Of a DNA stretch of 64,000 nucleotides, positions 42,458-52,905 are shown piece after piece (the stretch's first letter is position 1; each line of letters opens with the position of its first letter). Source of the DNA: Microcoleus sp. (GTDB lineage: Bacteria > Cyanobacteriota > Cyanobacteriia > Cyanobacteriales > Microcoleaceae). A program made the position numbers and the translations under genes. The stretch lies in the NCBI GenBank assembly GCA_052279835.1, contig CP181291.1, positions 1,504,001 to 1,568,000 on the forward strand, written 5' to 3'. A model generated the notes under the pieces. That model searched no databases. It worked only from the letters and a program-made list of their open reading frames with translations, and was not told the origin of the DNA.

Positions 42458-43624
42458 CTACTCAAAAATTCCGCCACCCTCCATCAACTCAACCTTCACC
42501 CCCTCAGAAATACCCAAACAACCAGCAAACTTGGCATTTTTTACCACAATATTTTTCAAATCCGCACGGCTCAAATCAGCGCCATTCAAATTTGCACCGC
42601 TCAAATTAACACCACTCATATCAGAATTTCGGAAATCAGCACCCTGCAAATTTGCACCAGCTAAATTCGCATTGGGTAAATAAGCACTGCTCAAATTTGC
42701 GTTAGTTAAATTGGCATTTTCCAAATTCGCCCGTGGCAACTTTGTCCGCAAGTCAGCACCGCTCAAATCAGCATCATTGAGTTCGCTATCACGCAAATTA
42801 GCATTGCATAAAGTAGCATTAATTAACCGAACACCGCTCAGCAAAGCACCGCTGAGATCTGCTAGGGTAAAATCAACACCGCTGAGGTTGGCATTCCGCA
42901 AATTTGCTCCGGCAAAATCAGCATATTGCAAATCAAAATTGCTTAAATCTGCTCCGGCAAAATCTTCCACCGGATTCAAACCAACCATTTCTGCAAGTTG
43001 TATAAAATCGTTATTTTGCTGACTTAAAAACATTTGTCGCACGATCGCCAATTGTTGCTGTCGGTAGTAGTTAGCTTGCTCGTAATTTGCTAAATACTTG
43101 TAAGCTAGCTTCAAATTCTTGAGGGCGTGGCGTTCAATCCGATCGTCTGCGATCGCGCGGGCGAGCTCCAACTGCTGATGATAGCACTGGAGCGCACCAG
43201 GCAAATCTCCTTTGGCATCGAAAGCTAAGGCCAAATTACCCAAAGCTTCTTCTTCCCCGCGATTGTCTCCCGTTTCGCGGGCGATCGCCAAACGCTGCTG
43301 CTGGTATTCAATCGCACCGTCAAAGTCCGACTGAGCACAGCAAGCATTGCCCAAATTGCCCAAAGCATTCGCCTCACCGCGGCGATCGCCAATTTCCCGC
43401 GCTAACACCAAATGCTGTTGATAGCAGTCGATCGCACGCGCCAAATCTCCCAGGGCTTCATAGGCAACTCCCATATTTCCCAGCGCCGCACCCGATCGAC
43501 GTTTGTCATCGATTTCCCGATAAAGCATCAGCGCCTGTCCCCAAGATTCCAGCGCTGCCTCAAATTCTCGTGCCTGATATTGGGAAATTCCCTGTTTGAT
43601 TAGGTCATTAGCTTGTGGGCTCAT
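42458..43624 (-). CDS. TPR plus pentapeptide repeat protein
   Basis: ALGNLG/LAIARE.GDRRGE TPR units followed by pentapeptide repeats. Confidence 0.9.
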   Translation of the reverse strand: MSPQANDLIKQGISQYQAREFEAALESWGQALMLYREIDDKRRSGAALGNMGVAYEALGDLARAIDCYQQHLVLAREIGDRRGEANALGNLGNACCAQSDFDGAIEYQQQRLAIARETGDNRGEEEALGNLALAFDAKGDLPGALQCYHQQLELARAIADDRIERHALKNLKLAYKYLANYEQANYYRQQQLAIVRQMFLSQQNNDFIQLAEMVGLNPVEDFAGADLSNFDLQYADFAGANLRNANLSGVDFTLADLSGALLSGVRLINATLCNANLRDSELNDADLSGADLRTKLPRANLENANLTNANLSSAYLPNANLAGANLQGADFRNSDMSGVNLSGANLNGADLSRADLKNIVVKNAKFAGCLGISEGVKVELMEGGGIFE

Positions 43625-43763
43625 AATTATAAAAATTAGTGAAATTTTTAACTAAAGTCGATATTAGTCCGTAATCGGTAATTAGTCATGGGTAGGCTAC
43701 TTTCCTGTAGTCCCTTTCCCCCATCCCTGTCGCTGCAAAAAAAAGCCAAAACATAAAAATGCC

Positions 43764-43817
43764 AAAAAAATAGAGAGTCGCCTAAGCGACTCTCCTTGCC
43801 ATCAGGGTGCATCTACA
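43764..43817 (-). ncRNA. Putative small RNA, NsiR1-like
   Basis: TGTAGATGCACCCTGAT 5' motif, GAGAGTCGC/GCGACTCTC hairpin plus T-run; promoter directly upstream; NsiR1 similarity from recall. Confidence 0.6.
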
Positions 43818-43823
43818 TAACAT

Positions 43824-43852
43824 AATATATCATGTCTGCAATGAGGGGTCAA
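43824..43852 (-). promoter_or_regulatory. Sigma70-type promoter of the putative sRNA
   Basis: TTGACC-N17-TATATT on the minus strand, about 7 nt upstream of the motif. Confidence 0.6.
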
Positions 43853-43884
43853 CCCCCTTTTTTGAAAAAATCAAAATATTTATC

Positions 43885-43940
43885 AGCCCCGGCGGTTACA
43901 AACCGCGGCTACACAAACAAAACCCGCCTGCGCGGGTTGA
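43885..43940. repeat. Dispersed double-hairpin repeat
   Basis: GCGGTTACAAACCGC...ACAAACAAAACCCGCCTGCGCGGGTT; related inverted copy at about 37028-37076. Confidence 0.55.
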
Positions 43941-43963
43941 AGAATTATTTGGGACTAAGTGCT

Positions 43964-45449
43964 TTAGCCGTTGAGCTTGTTGGCTAGCAACTCATTGGTC
44001 AATTTGGGATCTGCCCTACCACCAGTCTCCTTCATCACCTTGCCGACAAAAAAGCCCAACAGCTTAGTTTTGCCCGCCCGGTACTGTTCGAGCTCCTTGG
44101 GATTGGCTGCCAAAACTGCATCGATCGCCCGATCGATCGCACCAGTATCGGAAATTTGGATCAAACCCTTGCTCTCAACCAACTGTTGCGGAGAACCGCC
44201 CTTGGCTAGCAACTCCGGTAAAATATCCTTAGCGATTTTGCCACTGATCGTGCCAGCCTCAATTAGCTTCAGCAGTTTCGGCCAAATTATCGGGTTGGAA
44301 AGGAATTTGGGCGATCGCCAGTTGTTCGTTTTTCAGATAAGCAGTGATATCGCCCATCACCCAATTGGCAGCTTGCTTAGGCGCAGCACCAGCGGCGATC
44401 GCCTCCTCAAAATACTCTGCTACTGCTTTGTCATCAGTCAACACCCGCGCGTCATAGGGAGAAAGACTCAGTTGAGTTTCGTAGCGATGGCGCTTTATTG
44501 CCGGCAATTCTGGCAATTGAGCTTGCCAATCTGCCAACTGAGCCCTCGAAACCTCGATCGGAGGTAAATCCGGTTCCGGGAAATAGCGGTAATCGCTTGC
44601 CCCTTCCTTCATCCGCATACTAAAAGTACACTGTTTGCCCTCATCCCAAAGTCGCGTTTCTTGGAATATGGTTTCGCCGTTTTCCAAAGCTTCAATTTGG
44701 CGCTCGATCTCATAATTGATCGCCCGTTCGATCGCATTAAAAGAGTTCATATTTTTAATTTCCACTTTCGTGCCGAACTCTTTCCTACCCACCGGGCGCA
44801 CCGAAATATTCACATCGCAGCGCAGGGAACCTTCCTGCATATTCCCGTCGCCCACACCAATATAGCGAACGATCCGGCGCAATTCTTGACCGTATTCCGC
44901 TGCTTCTGCGCCCGATCGCAAATCTGGTTCCGAGACAATTTCAATCAAAGGCACACCAGCGCGGTTGTAATCTACCATAGAATAAGTAGAACCGCTGAGT
45001 CGATCGCTGCCGCCGTGCACCAATTTTCCCGCATCTTCCTCCATGTGCAAGCGAGTGATCCCGATTTTTTTGCGAGTCGAATTGCCTGCTTCATCAACCA
45101 ATTCAATTTCGAGCCAACCGTTAGTGGCGATCGGCAAATCAAACTGAGAAATTTGATAATTTTTCGGCAAATCCGGGTAAAAGTATTGCTTGCGATCGAA
45201 CTTACTGTAAGGTGCGATTTCACAGTGCAGAGCCAGCCCTGCTTTCACCGCATACTCCAGCACTTTCTCATTTAAGACAGGCAACACTCCGGGCATTCCC
45301 ATACAAATTGGGTCAATATTAGTGTTGGGAACACCACCAAATTCTGTGGAAGAACTCGAAAAAATTTTAGTCTTCGTACTCAATTGGCAGTGAGTTTCCA
45401 AACCAATAACGGCTTCGTACTCAGTTTTAACTTTTGCAGCAACAGTCAT
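43964..45449 (-). CDS. gatB: Asp/Glu-tRNA(Asn/Gln) amidotransferase subunit B; +1 frameshift at 44276-44278 (probable sequencing error)
   Basis: [36 protein letters not shown]; removing one base joins both ORFs into 494 aa. Confidence 0.93.
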
Positions 45450-46146
45450 AAAAAAGTTCGGTAAGTGAGAAAAAGTGCGAGTTGTGAGAGCGAAGGAGGG
45501 AAACGACGCGGGTGGTTTTAACCACAGTAAATCTTTTTTTTCTATTACCACCTGGGGATTGTTTAGCGTGATGTACTTTTTCGATCGGCTTTCAATGGGA
45601 AAATTACCATCTCAAGCTACGCAATCCTGTAAGCATAATAGTTTCCTGCTATACAAATCCTAGACTTGTCTAGACATTTGCTTCTTACTTCAACGGGAGC
45701 ATGGGAGCGGTTATCCCTTCGTAAGCTTTCACGATTTAGCCAACCGCGATCAATTAATTGCTCTTTCCATCCCCCCACGGGGTAATGCGCGCCATAGCTT
45801 AATTCAGTTTAAACTTTATTTTAGCTTTTGATTAACCAAAGCGATTGACCAGAGCTCAAGCACAACTCGCGCCCACAGCTTTTCGATCGCCCCCAACTCC
45901 CTCACCACTTTCTGTAAAGATATGTTAAGATTTTTCAGATTCAGCCAGTGGTAAGGCATTGGTAGGGGAAGTTCAGCGTCGATCCACCGCAATTGCCAAC
46001 CACTAGGCAAGTCTACCCTGTCGCCAGTGCCTGGTTAAGGGGCTCAATTAATGATTAAAAATGTAAAATTTAAGAGTAAGTTTAAATTTATTATTTTAAT
46101 CATTAATTGATGGCCAGAAATCAACACTTTTCTAAACATCAAAAAT

Positions 46147-49100
46147 ATGCCTGAAATTCCAGTTGGAAGTGCCACCCTGTTTCCCAACAGCATCACTGAG
46201 CTAGAGCAGGCGGAATCAGCCCTAGAAATAGCTTGGGAAGAACTAGAAGCAGAAACAGCAAAAACTATCGATCTAATAGGGGAAATCAGCCCCGAACATT
46301 CACAGAGAATAGGCGAGCGACTTGCCACAGTCAAGCAACTGCGCCAGGAGTTAAAAACCAAAATGAAACAAGCCACCTCGCGACTGGAGTTTCACCTAGA
46401 CAACTCACAGATGGCTGTTTTAGAATGGGATTGCCAATTTCGGATCGTTCAGTGGTCAGCCGGGGCAGAACGCATATTTGGCTGGAAAACCGCAGAAGTA
46501 ATCGGCAAAAACTTTGAGGAATTATCAATAGTGTATGAAGCGGATTTAGAGCTAGTCAACTCAGTCACAAATAAACTCTTAGAGGGTCGCGAACCCCGCA
46601 ATATTTGCCACAACCGCAACTACACTAAAGATGGAGCGGTAATTCACTGTGAATGGAACAATTCAGCACAGACAGATGCAGAAGGAAAAGTCGTTTCCAT
46701 TATCTCCTTTGCCCTAGATGTCACTGAACGGCACCGCACTCAAGAAGAACTGCGCAGGCGGGAAGAAGCTTTCAGTGCGATCGCCGAAAATGCCACCGAT
46801 ACCATCGCGCGGTTCGATCGAGAATTGCGCCACCTTTACGTCAACAAAGAAGTCCAACGAGTCACCGGAAAACCAGCTTTAGAATTTATCGGCAAAAGTA
46901 ACCAAGAATTAGGAATGTCCCCCGAACTTTGCAATCTGTGGAACCAAGCTTGTCTGAAAGTTTTCCGCACCGGTCAACCAGAAACCATAGAATTTGACTT
47001 TCCTACTCCCGCAGGCACCAAATATTATCAATGTCGAGTAATTCCCGAATTTACTGAAAATAATACCGTAGAAACAGTCCTAGGCATCGCCCGCGACATC
47101 ACAGATCTCAAACAAGTAGAAGCCCAGTTGCGACAAAGTGAAGCTAAATTTAGAACTATTGTTGATTCTAACATGATAGGTATCTTTTTTTGGGATAAAC
47201 AGGGTGAAATTCTAGAGGCAAACGATGCTTTTTTAAACATGATTGGATACCCGCGAGAAGACCTGGAAAGCCGAAAATTGAGTTGGCAAAAAATTACACC
47301 ACCAGAATATCGCAGCCAAGATGAAGCAAAACTAGCAGAACTAGAAGCCACCAGCAAAGCTAGTCCCTTTGAAAAAGAATACATCCGAGGAGACGGCAGC
47401 CGCGTTCATGTCTTGCTGGGAGCTGCATTTTCCGAAGGTTCTCAGGAATTTGGTGTCAGTTTTGTGCTGGACTTAACTCAGCGGAAACAGGCAGAAACAG
47501 AGCTCCAAAAACATCAAGAACTTTTGGAAAGTATCCTAAAAACTATTCCCAATTTTCTTTACATTTATGATGTATTAGAAAACAAAAATATTTATGCAAA
47601 TGAAGCTGCGCTCGCTATATTCGGCTACTCTTCTGAAGAATTACAAAACATGGGAGATGCAGCCCTCTCAACCTTAATTCATCCTGACGATATGTCAAAA
47701 TTAATAACTGGTATGCAGCGGCTAGCAAACAGCACAAACATTCACGAAACAGACGATATAGACTACAGAATCCAACATAAAAATGGGGAATGGCGTTGGG
47801 TACACGATCGCTCTACAATCTTTAAAAGAACCCCAGACGGACAAATTAAGCAAGTTATCGGCTCTGTACTCGATATCAGCGATCGCAAACAAGCCGAAGA
47901 ATCATTAAAACAACAAAAAGAACTGCTGCAAACTATCTTCGACAACGTACCAGTCATGCTCGCATTCTTGGGCGACAGTGGGGAAATAGAGTGGGTAAAC
48001 CGATACTGGGAACAAGTGCTCGGCTGGAGTTGTGAAGCAATGAAAAGCCGCGATATCTTTGCCGAATTTTATCCCCAGCCAGAATACCGCCAATACGTTT
48101 TGGATGAAATCCAAGCAGCCAATAAGAAGTGGGGCGACTTTAAAACTAGAGTTAGAGATGGGCGAATTATTGACACTTCATGGGCAAATATTCGTCTTTC
48201 CGACGGGAGATGTATCGGCATTGGTCAAGATATCACCGAACGCAAACGAGCGGAAGCTGAACTCCAAGAACTTAACGAAACTTTAGAAGCTCAAGTCGCC
48301 CAGCGTACCGCTGAACTAGAGACTTTTTTTGATGCTTTGCCCGATCGCATTTTTGTTGTAGAACGCGAAAATATGCGTCAGCCTTTTGTTAACCAATCTC
48401 TGGCAAAAATGGCTGGCTTTCAAAGTACAAGAGAGATGCAAGGAAAAACTGTTTTTGAATGTTTTCCACCAGAATTATCCGAAAAGTTTTATGGAGAAAA
48501 TATGCAAGTATTTGAATCTGGTGAAACTTTACATTTACAGGAAGAATTGAACTTGGAAGGGCGGACTCATTACTATGATACCTTGAAAATTCCCCTCAAA
48601 AATCCCGGAGGCGAAATTTATGCTTTAATTGGGACTTCTCGCGATATAACTGAGTTGGTTGAAACCAAAAAAGCTTTATCAGAACGCACAGAGCAATTAG
48701 AATTTGCCAATCAAGAACTAGAATCGTTCTCTTACTCTGTTTCCCACGACTTGCGCGCTCCTTTGCGACACATTTCAGGTTTTGTCAACGCCTTGAAACA
48801 GCGACTACAATCAATGGAGGTTCTGGGCGATCGTAAAATAGTTCATTATCTGCAAGTAATTGATGACAGTAGCCAAAAAATGAGTCTGTTGATTGACGGT
48901 TTGCTAGCACTTTCGCGGGTGGGGCGCACCGAGTTAATCGAAATTCCGATCGACCTCACCGAGTTGGTACAAACTGCGATTAAATTGGCTCAACCCAGAA
49001 CAGTCACAGATTTGACGCAAACTCCCCAAACCGTTGAATTTGAAATCGGAGATTTACCTGTTGTGACGGGAGATCCTACCTTACTCCAACAGGTGTTCAG

Positions 49101-49392
49101 CAACTTGATTAGCAATGCAGTCAAGTTTAGTCGCGGACGCAATCCAGCTACCATAGTTATTGATGCTTTACCAGATGGAACAATTTTTGTCAAGGATAAT
49201 GGTGTCGGTTTTGAGATGGAATATGCCGATCAACTGTTTACAGCCTTTGGGAGATTGCACTCCCAGAGAGAATTTGAAGGCACCGGCATCGGTTTAGCGA
49301 TCGCCTGGCGGATTATTCATCGCCACGGCGGTACAATTTGGGCCGAAAGCACACCCGATGGAGGAGCAACATTTTACTTTAAACTCAATTAA
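46147..49392 (+). CDS. Multi-PAS sensor histidine kinase
   Basis: Several PAS-PAC; SVSHDLRAPLR, NLISNAVKF, DNGVGF, GTGIGL. Confidence 0.93.
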   Translation: MPEIPVGSATLFPNSITELEQAESALEIAWEELEAETAKTIDLIGEISPEHSQRIGERLATVKQLRQELKTKMKQATSRLEFHLDNSQMAVLEWDCQFRIVQWSAGAERIFGWKTAEVIGKNFEELSIVYEADLELVNSVTNKLLEGREPRNICHNRNYTKDGAVIHCEWNNSAQTDAEGKVVSIISFALDVTERHRTQEELRRREEAFSAIAENATDTIARFDRELRHLYVNKEVQRVTGKPALEFIGKSNQELGMSPELCNLWNQACLKVFRTGQPETIEFDFPTPAGTKYYQCRVIPEFTENNTVETVLGIARDITDLKQVEAQLRQSEAKFRTIVDSNMIGIFFWDKQGEILEANDAFLNMIGYPREDLESRKLSWQKITPPEYRSQDEAKLAELEATSKASPFEKEYIRGDGSRVHVLLGAAFSEGSQEFGVSFVLDLTQRKQAETELQKHQELLESILKTIPNFLYIYDVLENKNIYANEAALAIFGYSSEELQNMGDAALSTLIHPDDMSKLITGMQRLANSTNIHETDDIDYRIQHKNGEWRWVHDRSTIFKRTPDGQIKQVIGSVLDISDRKQAEESLKQQKELLQTIFDNVPVMLAFLGDSGEIEWVNRYWEQVLGWSCEAMKSRDIFAEFYPQPEYRQYVLDEIQAANKKWGDFKTRVRDGRIIDTSWANIRLSDGRCIGIGQDITERKRAEAELQELNETLEAQVAQRTAELETFFDALPDRIFVVERENMRQPFVNQSLAKMAGFQSTREMQGKTVFECFPPELSEKFYGENMQVFESGETLHLQEELNLEGRTHYYDTLKIPLKNPGGEIYALIGTSRDITELVETKKALSERTEQLEFANQELESFSYSVSHDLRAPLRHISGFVNALKQRLQSMEVLGDRKIVHYLQVIDDSSQKMSLLIDGLLALSRVGRTELIEIPIDLTELVQTAIKLAQPRTVTDLTQTPQTVEFEIGDLPVVTGDPTLLQQVFSNLISNAVKFSRGRNPATIVIDALPDGTIFVKDNGVGFEMEYADQLFTAFGRLHSQREFEGTGIGLAIAWRIIHRHGGTIWAESTPDGGATFYFKLN

Positions 49393-49578
49393 ACAGTCTC
49401 AACCTTTTTTCCGGTCTAGGACGAGCTTATTTCATTTGTAAACAATATTTTTTAAAGCCGTACCACAGGATGCAAAGCAAAACCACAGAGAACATAAAGA
49501 GAAGTTCACAAATCATTTAAGATTGCTATATACTATTACATATTTCATAATAATTTACTAAATAAATCCCCAAAAGCT

Positions 49579-52500
49579 ATGTTAAACTTATTGATTGTCG
49601 AAGACATGGCCGAAGATATAGAATTAGTGGTAATCGCCTTAGAAACAGGAGGAATAAAATTTACATTTGACACAGCTCAAACGGCAAAAGAGTGTAGAGA
49701 ACTGCTCGAAAATGGCAAAAAATATGATGCTGTATTGTCGGATTACAGGCTGCCCGGTTTCAACGGTTTAGACTTGTTGAAAATGATGCAGGAATTAGAT
49801 CGGAACATCCCTTTTATTTTAGTCACAGGAAGCTTGGGAGAAGAGGCCGCAGTTGAGTGCATCAAATCAGGCATGACCGATTACTTATTAAAAAGCAGAT
49901 TATTTAGACTGCCAACAATATTAGAAAGATCGCTCCAAGAATATCAAATGCGCGCCCAGCGACAAGAAGCGATCGCCAAAATTCAACGACAAGCTCAGAA
50001 AGAAGCGATCGTCAACCGCATTGTCCAAGCCATGCGCGAAACCCTAGTGCTAGACGAAGTGCTACAAACCACCGCAGATCAGCTCCATGAAGCTTTTGAA
50101 ACTAGCGGCTGCGGGATTTTGCAGCCAGATGCTGACGGGGGTATCATAATTCGCTACATGAGCAAATCCGCAGACAAAGAAGAGCTTGTGGGGCTACATT
50201 GCGACTTTGCCGAACACTACCGCTCCTCCCTCGCAGCAGGAGAAACCCTAGCCCTCGACGACTTATCCAACCAGTGCCCGTCTGTGCAAGCATCAGCAGA
50301 GCTTTTAGGGTTTCGGGCAGTGACGATCGCACCACTGCTCTACCAGCAGTCATTTTTGGGAGGAATTTGCCTCTACCAGTGCGATCGCACCCGCTCTTGG
50401 AGTGCAGCAGAAGTATCCCTAGTCAAAGCTATAGCAGATCAGTGTGCGATCGCGATCCACCAAGCCGAACTCTATCAGCGAGCCCAAACCGAACTAGCAG
50501 AACGCAAGCGCGCCGAAGCAGCAGTCCGTGGCATCCAGCAGCAGCTAGCAGCAATGGCAGCCAACATCCCCGGCTCCGTGTACCGGATCATCATCCATCC
50601 CGACGGCAGGATTTCCCTGCCTTACATCAGTCCGGGGGTGCGGGAAGTGACAGGCATCGAGCCATCCGAGGTGATGGCGCGTCCCGAAATCTTGATGGAA
50701 ATCATTCATCCAGAAGACAAAAACTCCTTTGACCAAAGCGTAGCAGCATCCAGTGCCAGTCTAGAGCCGTGCGATCGCCAATACCGGATCATTTTGAAAA
50801 CCGGCGAGGTGAAGTGGGTGCAAGACAACGCCCGGTTTTCCAAAAACGAAAACGGCGACATCATTATCGACGGAGTAGCCCTAGACATCAGCGGACGCAA
50901 ACAGGCAGAAGCAGCACTGCGTCAAAGCGAACAGCGGTTTCGATCGCTGATCGAAAACGCTACAGACATCACGATCATTCTCGACGGCGAAGGCACATTT
51001 CGCTACGTCAGCCCTTCCGTCAAGCGAATTTTAGGATACTTACCCCAAAAGACGATCGGGCGGAGCGTTTTTGAAACCGTTCATCCCGAAGACGGAGCCC
51101 TGATTACCGAAACACTCAACAAAGTAATTCAAAACCCCAAGACAAGTCACTCCCCTGTTGAGTACCGAGTCCAGCACCGCAACGGATCGTGGTGTTGTTT
51201 AGAAGCAGTAGCCACCAACTTGCTACACGATCGGGCCGTCCAAGGAATAGTAGTCAACTGCCACGACATCACCAAGCGCAAACTCGCCGAAGAACAACTA
51301 CTCCACGACGCCTTTCATGACGGCCTCACTGGACTGCCCAACCGAGCCCTATTTATCGATCGACTCGAACACGATCTCAGACTCGCCCAAAGACGCAAAG
51401 AATACTTATTTGCAGTGCTATTTCTGGATTTAGATAGATTTAAAGTAGTCAACGATTCCCTCGGCCACGCCATCGGCGACCAACTGCTAATCGCCAGCGC
51501 GCGGCGTTTAGAAACCTGTTTGCGGGTAGGAGATACAGTGGCCCGCCTCGGAGGCGACGAATTTGCCATCCTGCTAGAAGATATCGACGGCATCAATGAA
51601 GTCAATAATATTGCCCATCGCCTCCAACAGAGAATCAGTGCTCCGGTGGTTCTAGACGGACACGAAGTATTCATCACCGCCAGCATCGGTATCGCCATGA
51701 GTTCCGTTGAATACATGGAATCGACAAATTTGCTGCGCGACGCCGACACCGCCATGTACCGCGCCAAAGGACTAGGCAGAGCCCGCCACGAAGTATTCAA
51801 CAGTTCCATGCACGCCCACGCTTTGCGGCTATTGCAGCTAGAAAACGACCTGCGACGCGCCGCGGAATCGATTCGAGACCGCCCCAGAGAAGAAGATGAG
51901 GGACAAGAGCAACTTGGGGAATACAGAATATCTGAACACTCCACCACAGCAGATCTCTGTCTCAAATTCCCCAAACCTCCCTTACCTCCCTTGTCTCCAG
52001 CGCCCCAGTTTATTATTCACTACCAGCCCATAGTCTCGATCGCCACCAACACCATTACCTGTTTTGAAGCCTTAGTGCGGTGGCAGCATCCAGAACGAGG
52101 ATTAGTTTCCCCAGCCGAATTCATCCCAGTAGCCGAAGAAACCGGACTGATCGTACCCCTCGGCCGCTGGGTGCTGCGTACAGCTTGCCAGCAAATCCAC
52201 CAGTGGCAGCAGCTATTTCCCAGCAACCCCCCCCTGAGTGTCAGCGTCAACCTTTCAGTCAAACAGTTTTCTCAGCCAGACTTAATTGAATACATCGACC
52301 AAGTGCTAGAAGAAAGTGACCTAGACGGCAGCAGTTTAAAACTAGAAATTACAGAAAGCGTACTCATAGAAAATTCCGAATCAGTTACCGCCATGCTGGT
52401 GGAACTCAGATCCCGCAACATACACCTGTGCATCGACGATTTCGGTACCGGCTATTCATCCCTCTCCTATCTGCACCGCTTTCCGACCAATACTTTAAAA

Positions 52501-52800
52501 ATAGACCGTTCTTTTGTCAGCAGAATGGGAGTAAAATTTGATATCAGCAAAGGAGAGATTGACCCCACAGAAATTGTGCGATCTATCGTTACTTTATCGC
52601 ACAATTTAGGCATGGACGTAGTAGCCGAGGGAGTCGAAGAAGCCACACAGCTCGACCTGCTCAAAGGGTTAAAATGTGAGTACGCCCAGGGATATTTTTT
52701 CTCAAAACCTCTAGACTCTCAAACAGCAGCAACTCTAATCCGACAGCAACAAGAAAACCAGAATTTGGTCACATTGATCTCCCTCGTAAACGGCAATTAA
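49579..52800 (+). CDS. REC-GAF-PAS-GGDEF-EAL diguanylate cyclase/phosphodiesterase
   Basis: N-terminal receiver, GAF, PAS, RLGGDEF, FEALVRW, DDFGTGYSS. Confidence 0.94.
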   Translation: MLNLLIVEDMAEDIELVVIALETGGIKFTFDTAQTAKECRELLENGKKYDAVLSDYRLPGFNGLDLLKMMQELDRNIPFILVTGSLGEEAAVECIKSGMTDYLLKSRLFRLPTILERSLQEYQMRAQRQEAIAKIQRQAQKEAIVNRIVQAMRETLVLDEVLQTTADQLHEAFETSGCGILQPDADGGIIIRYMSKSADKEELVGLHCDFAEHYRSSLAAGETLALDDLSNQCPSVQASAELLGFRAVTIAPLLYQQSFLGGICLYQCDRTRSWSAAEVSLVKAIADQCAIAIHQAELYQRAQTELAERKRAEAAVRGIQQQLAAMAANIPGSVYRIIIHPDGRISLPYISPGVREVTGIEPSEVMARPEILMEIIHPEDKNSFDQSVAASSASLEPCDRQYRIILKTGEVKWVQDNARFSKNENGDIIIDGVALDISGRKQAEAALRQSEQRFRSLIENATDITIILDGEGTFRYVSPSVKRILGYLPQKTIGRSVFETVHPEDGALITETLNKVIQNPKTSHSPVEYRVQHRNGSWCCLEAVATNLLHDRAVQGIVVNCHDITKRKLAEEQLLHDAFHDGLTGLPNRALFIDRLEHDLRLAQRRKEYLFAVLFLDLDRFKVVNDSLGHAIGDQLLIASARRLETCLRVGDTVARLGGDEFAILLEDIDGINEVNNIAHRLQQRISAPVVLDGHEVFITASIGIAMSSVEYMESTNLLRDADTAMYRAKGLGRARHEVFNSSMHAHALRLLQLENDLRRAAESIRDRPREEDEGQEQLGEYRISEHSTTADLCLKFPKPPLPPLSPAPQFIIHYQPIVSIATNTITCFEALVRWQHPERGLVSPAEFIPVAEETGLIVPLGRWVLRTACQQIHQWQQLFPSNPPLSVSVNLSVKQFSQPDLIEYIDQVLEESDLDGSSLKLEITESVLIENSESVTAMLVELRSRNIHLCIDDFGTGYSSLSYLHRFPTNTLKIDRSFVSRMGVKFDISKGEIDPTEIVRSIVTLSHNLGMDVVAEGVEEATQLDLLKGLKCEYAQGYFFSKPLDSQTAATLIRQQQENQNLVTLISLVNGN

Positions 52801-52905
52801 AAAAAATACAGCACTTTATGGCTCCCCTTTCAACATAAAATCTTAAGATATTGTAAAACAGTTCCTAACTCGTGTCAGTTTATTAACTGCTGGATCAAAA
52901 CAATT

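Noticed and set aside
36917..43700. Integrative element at tRNA-Val
   Set aside because: No integrase and no duplicated tRNA 3' end (attR) found by eye.
43964..44212. Separate 82-aa gene
   Set aside because: It is the GatB C-terminus cut off by a frameshift.
45600..46050. 64-aa ORF or riboswitch upstream of gatB
   Set aside because: No recognisable family or RNA motif; may be a decayed gene but unsupported.
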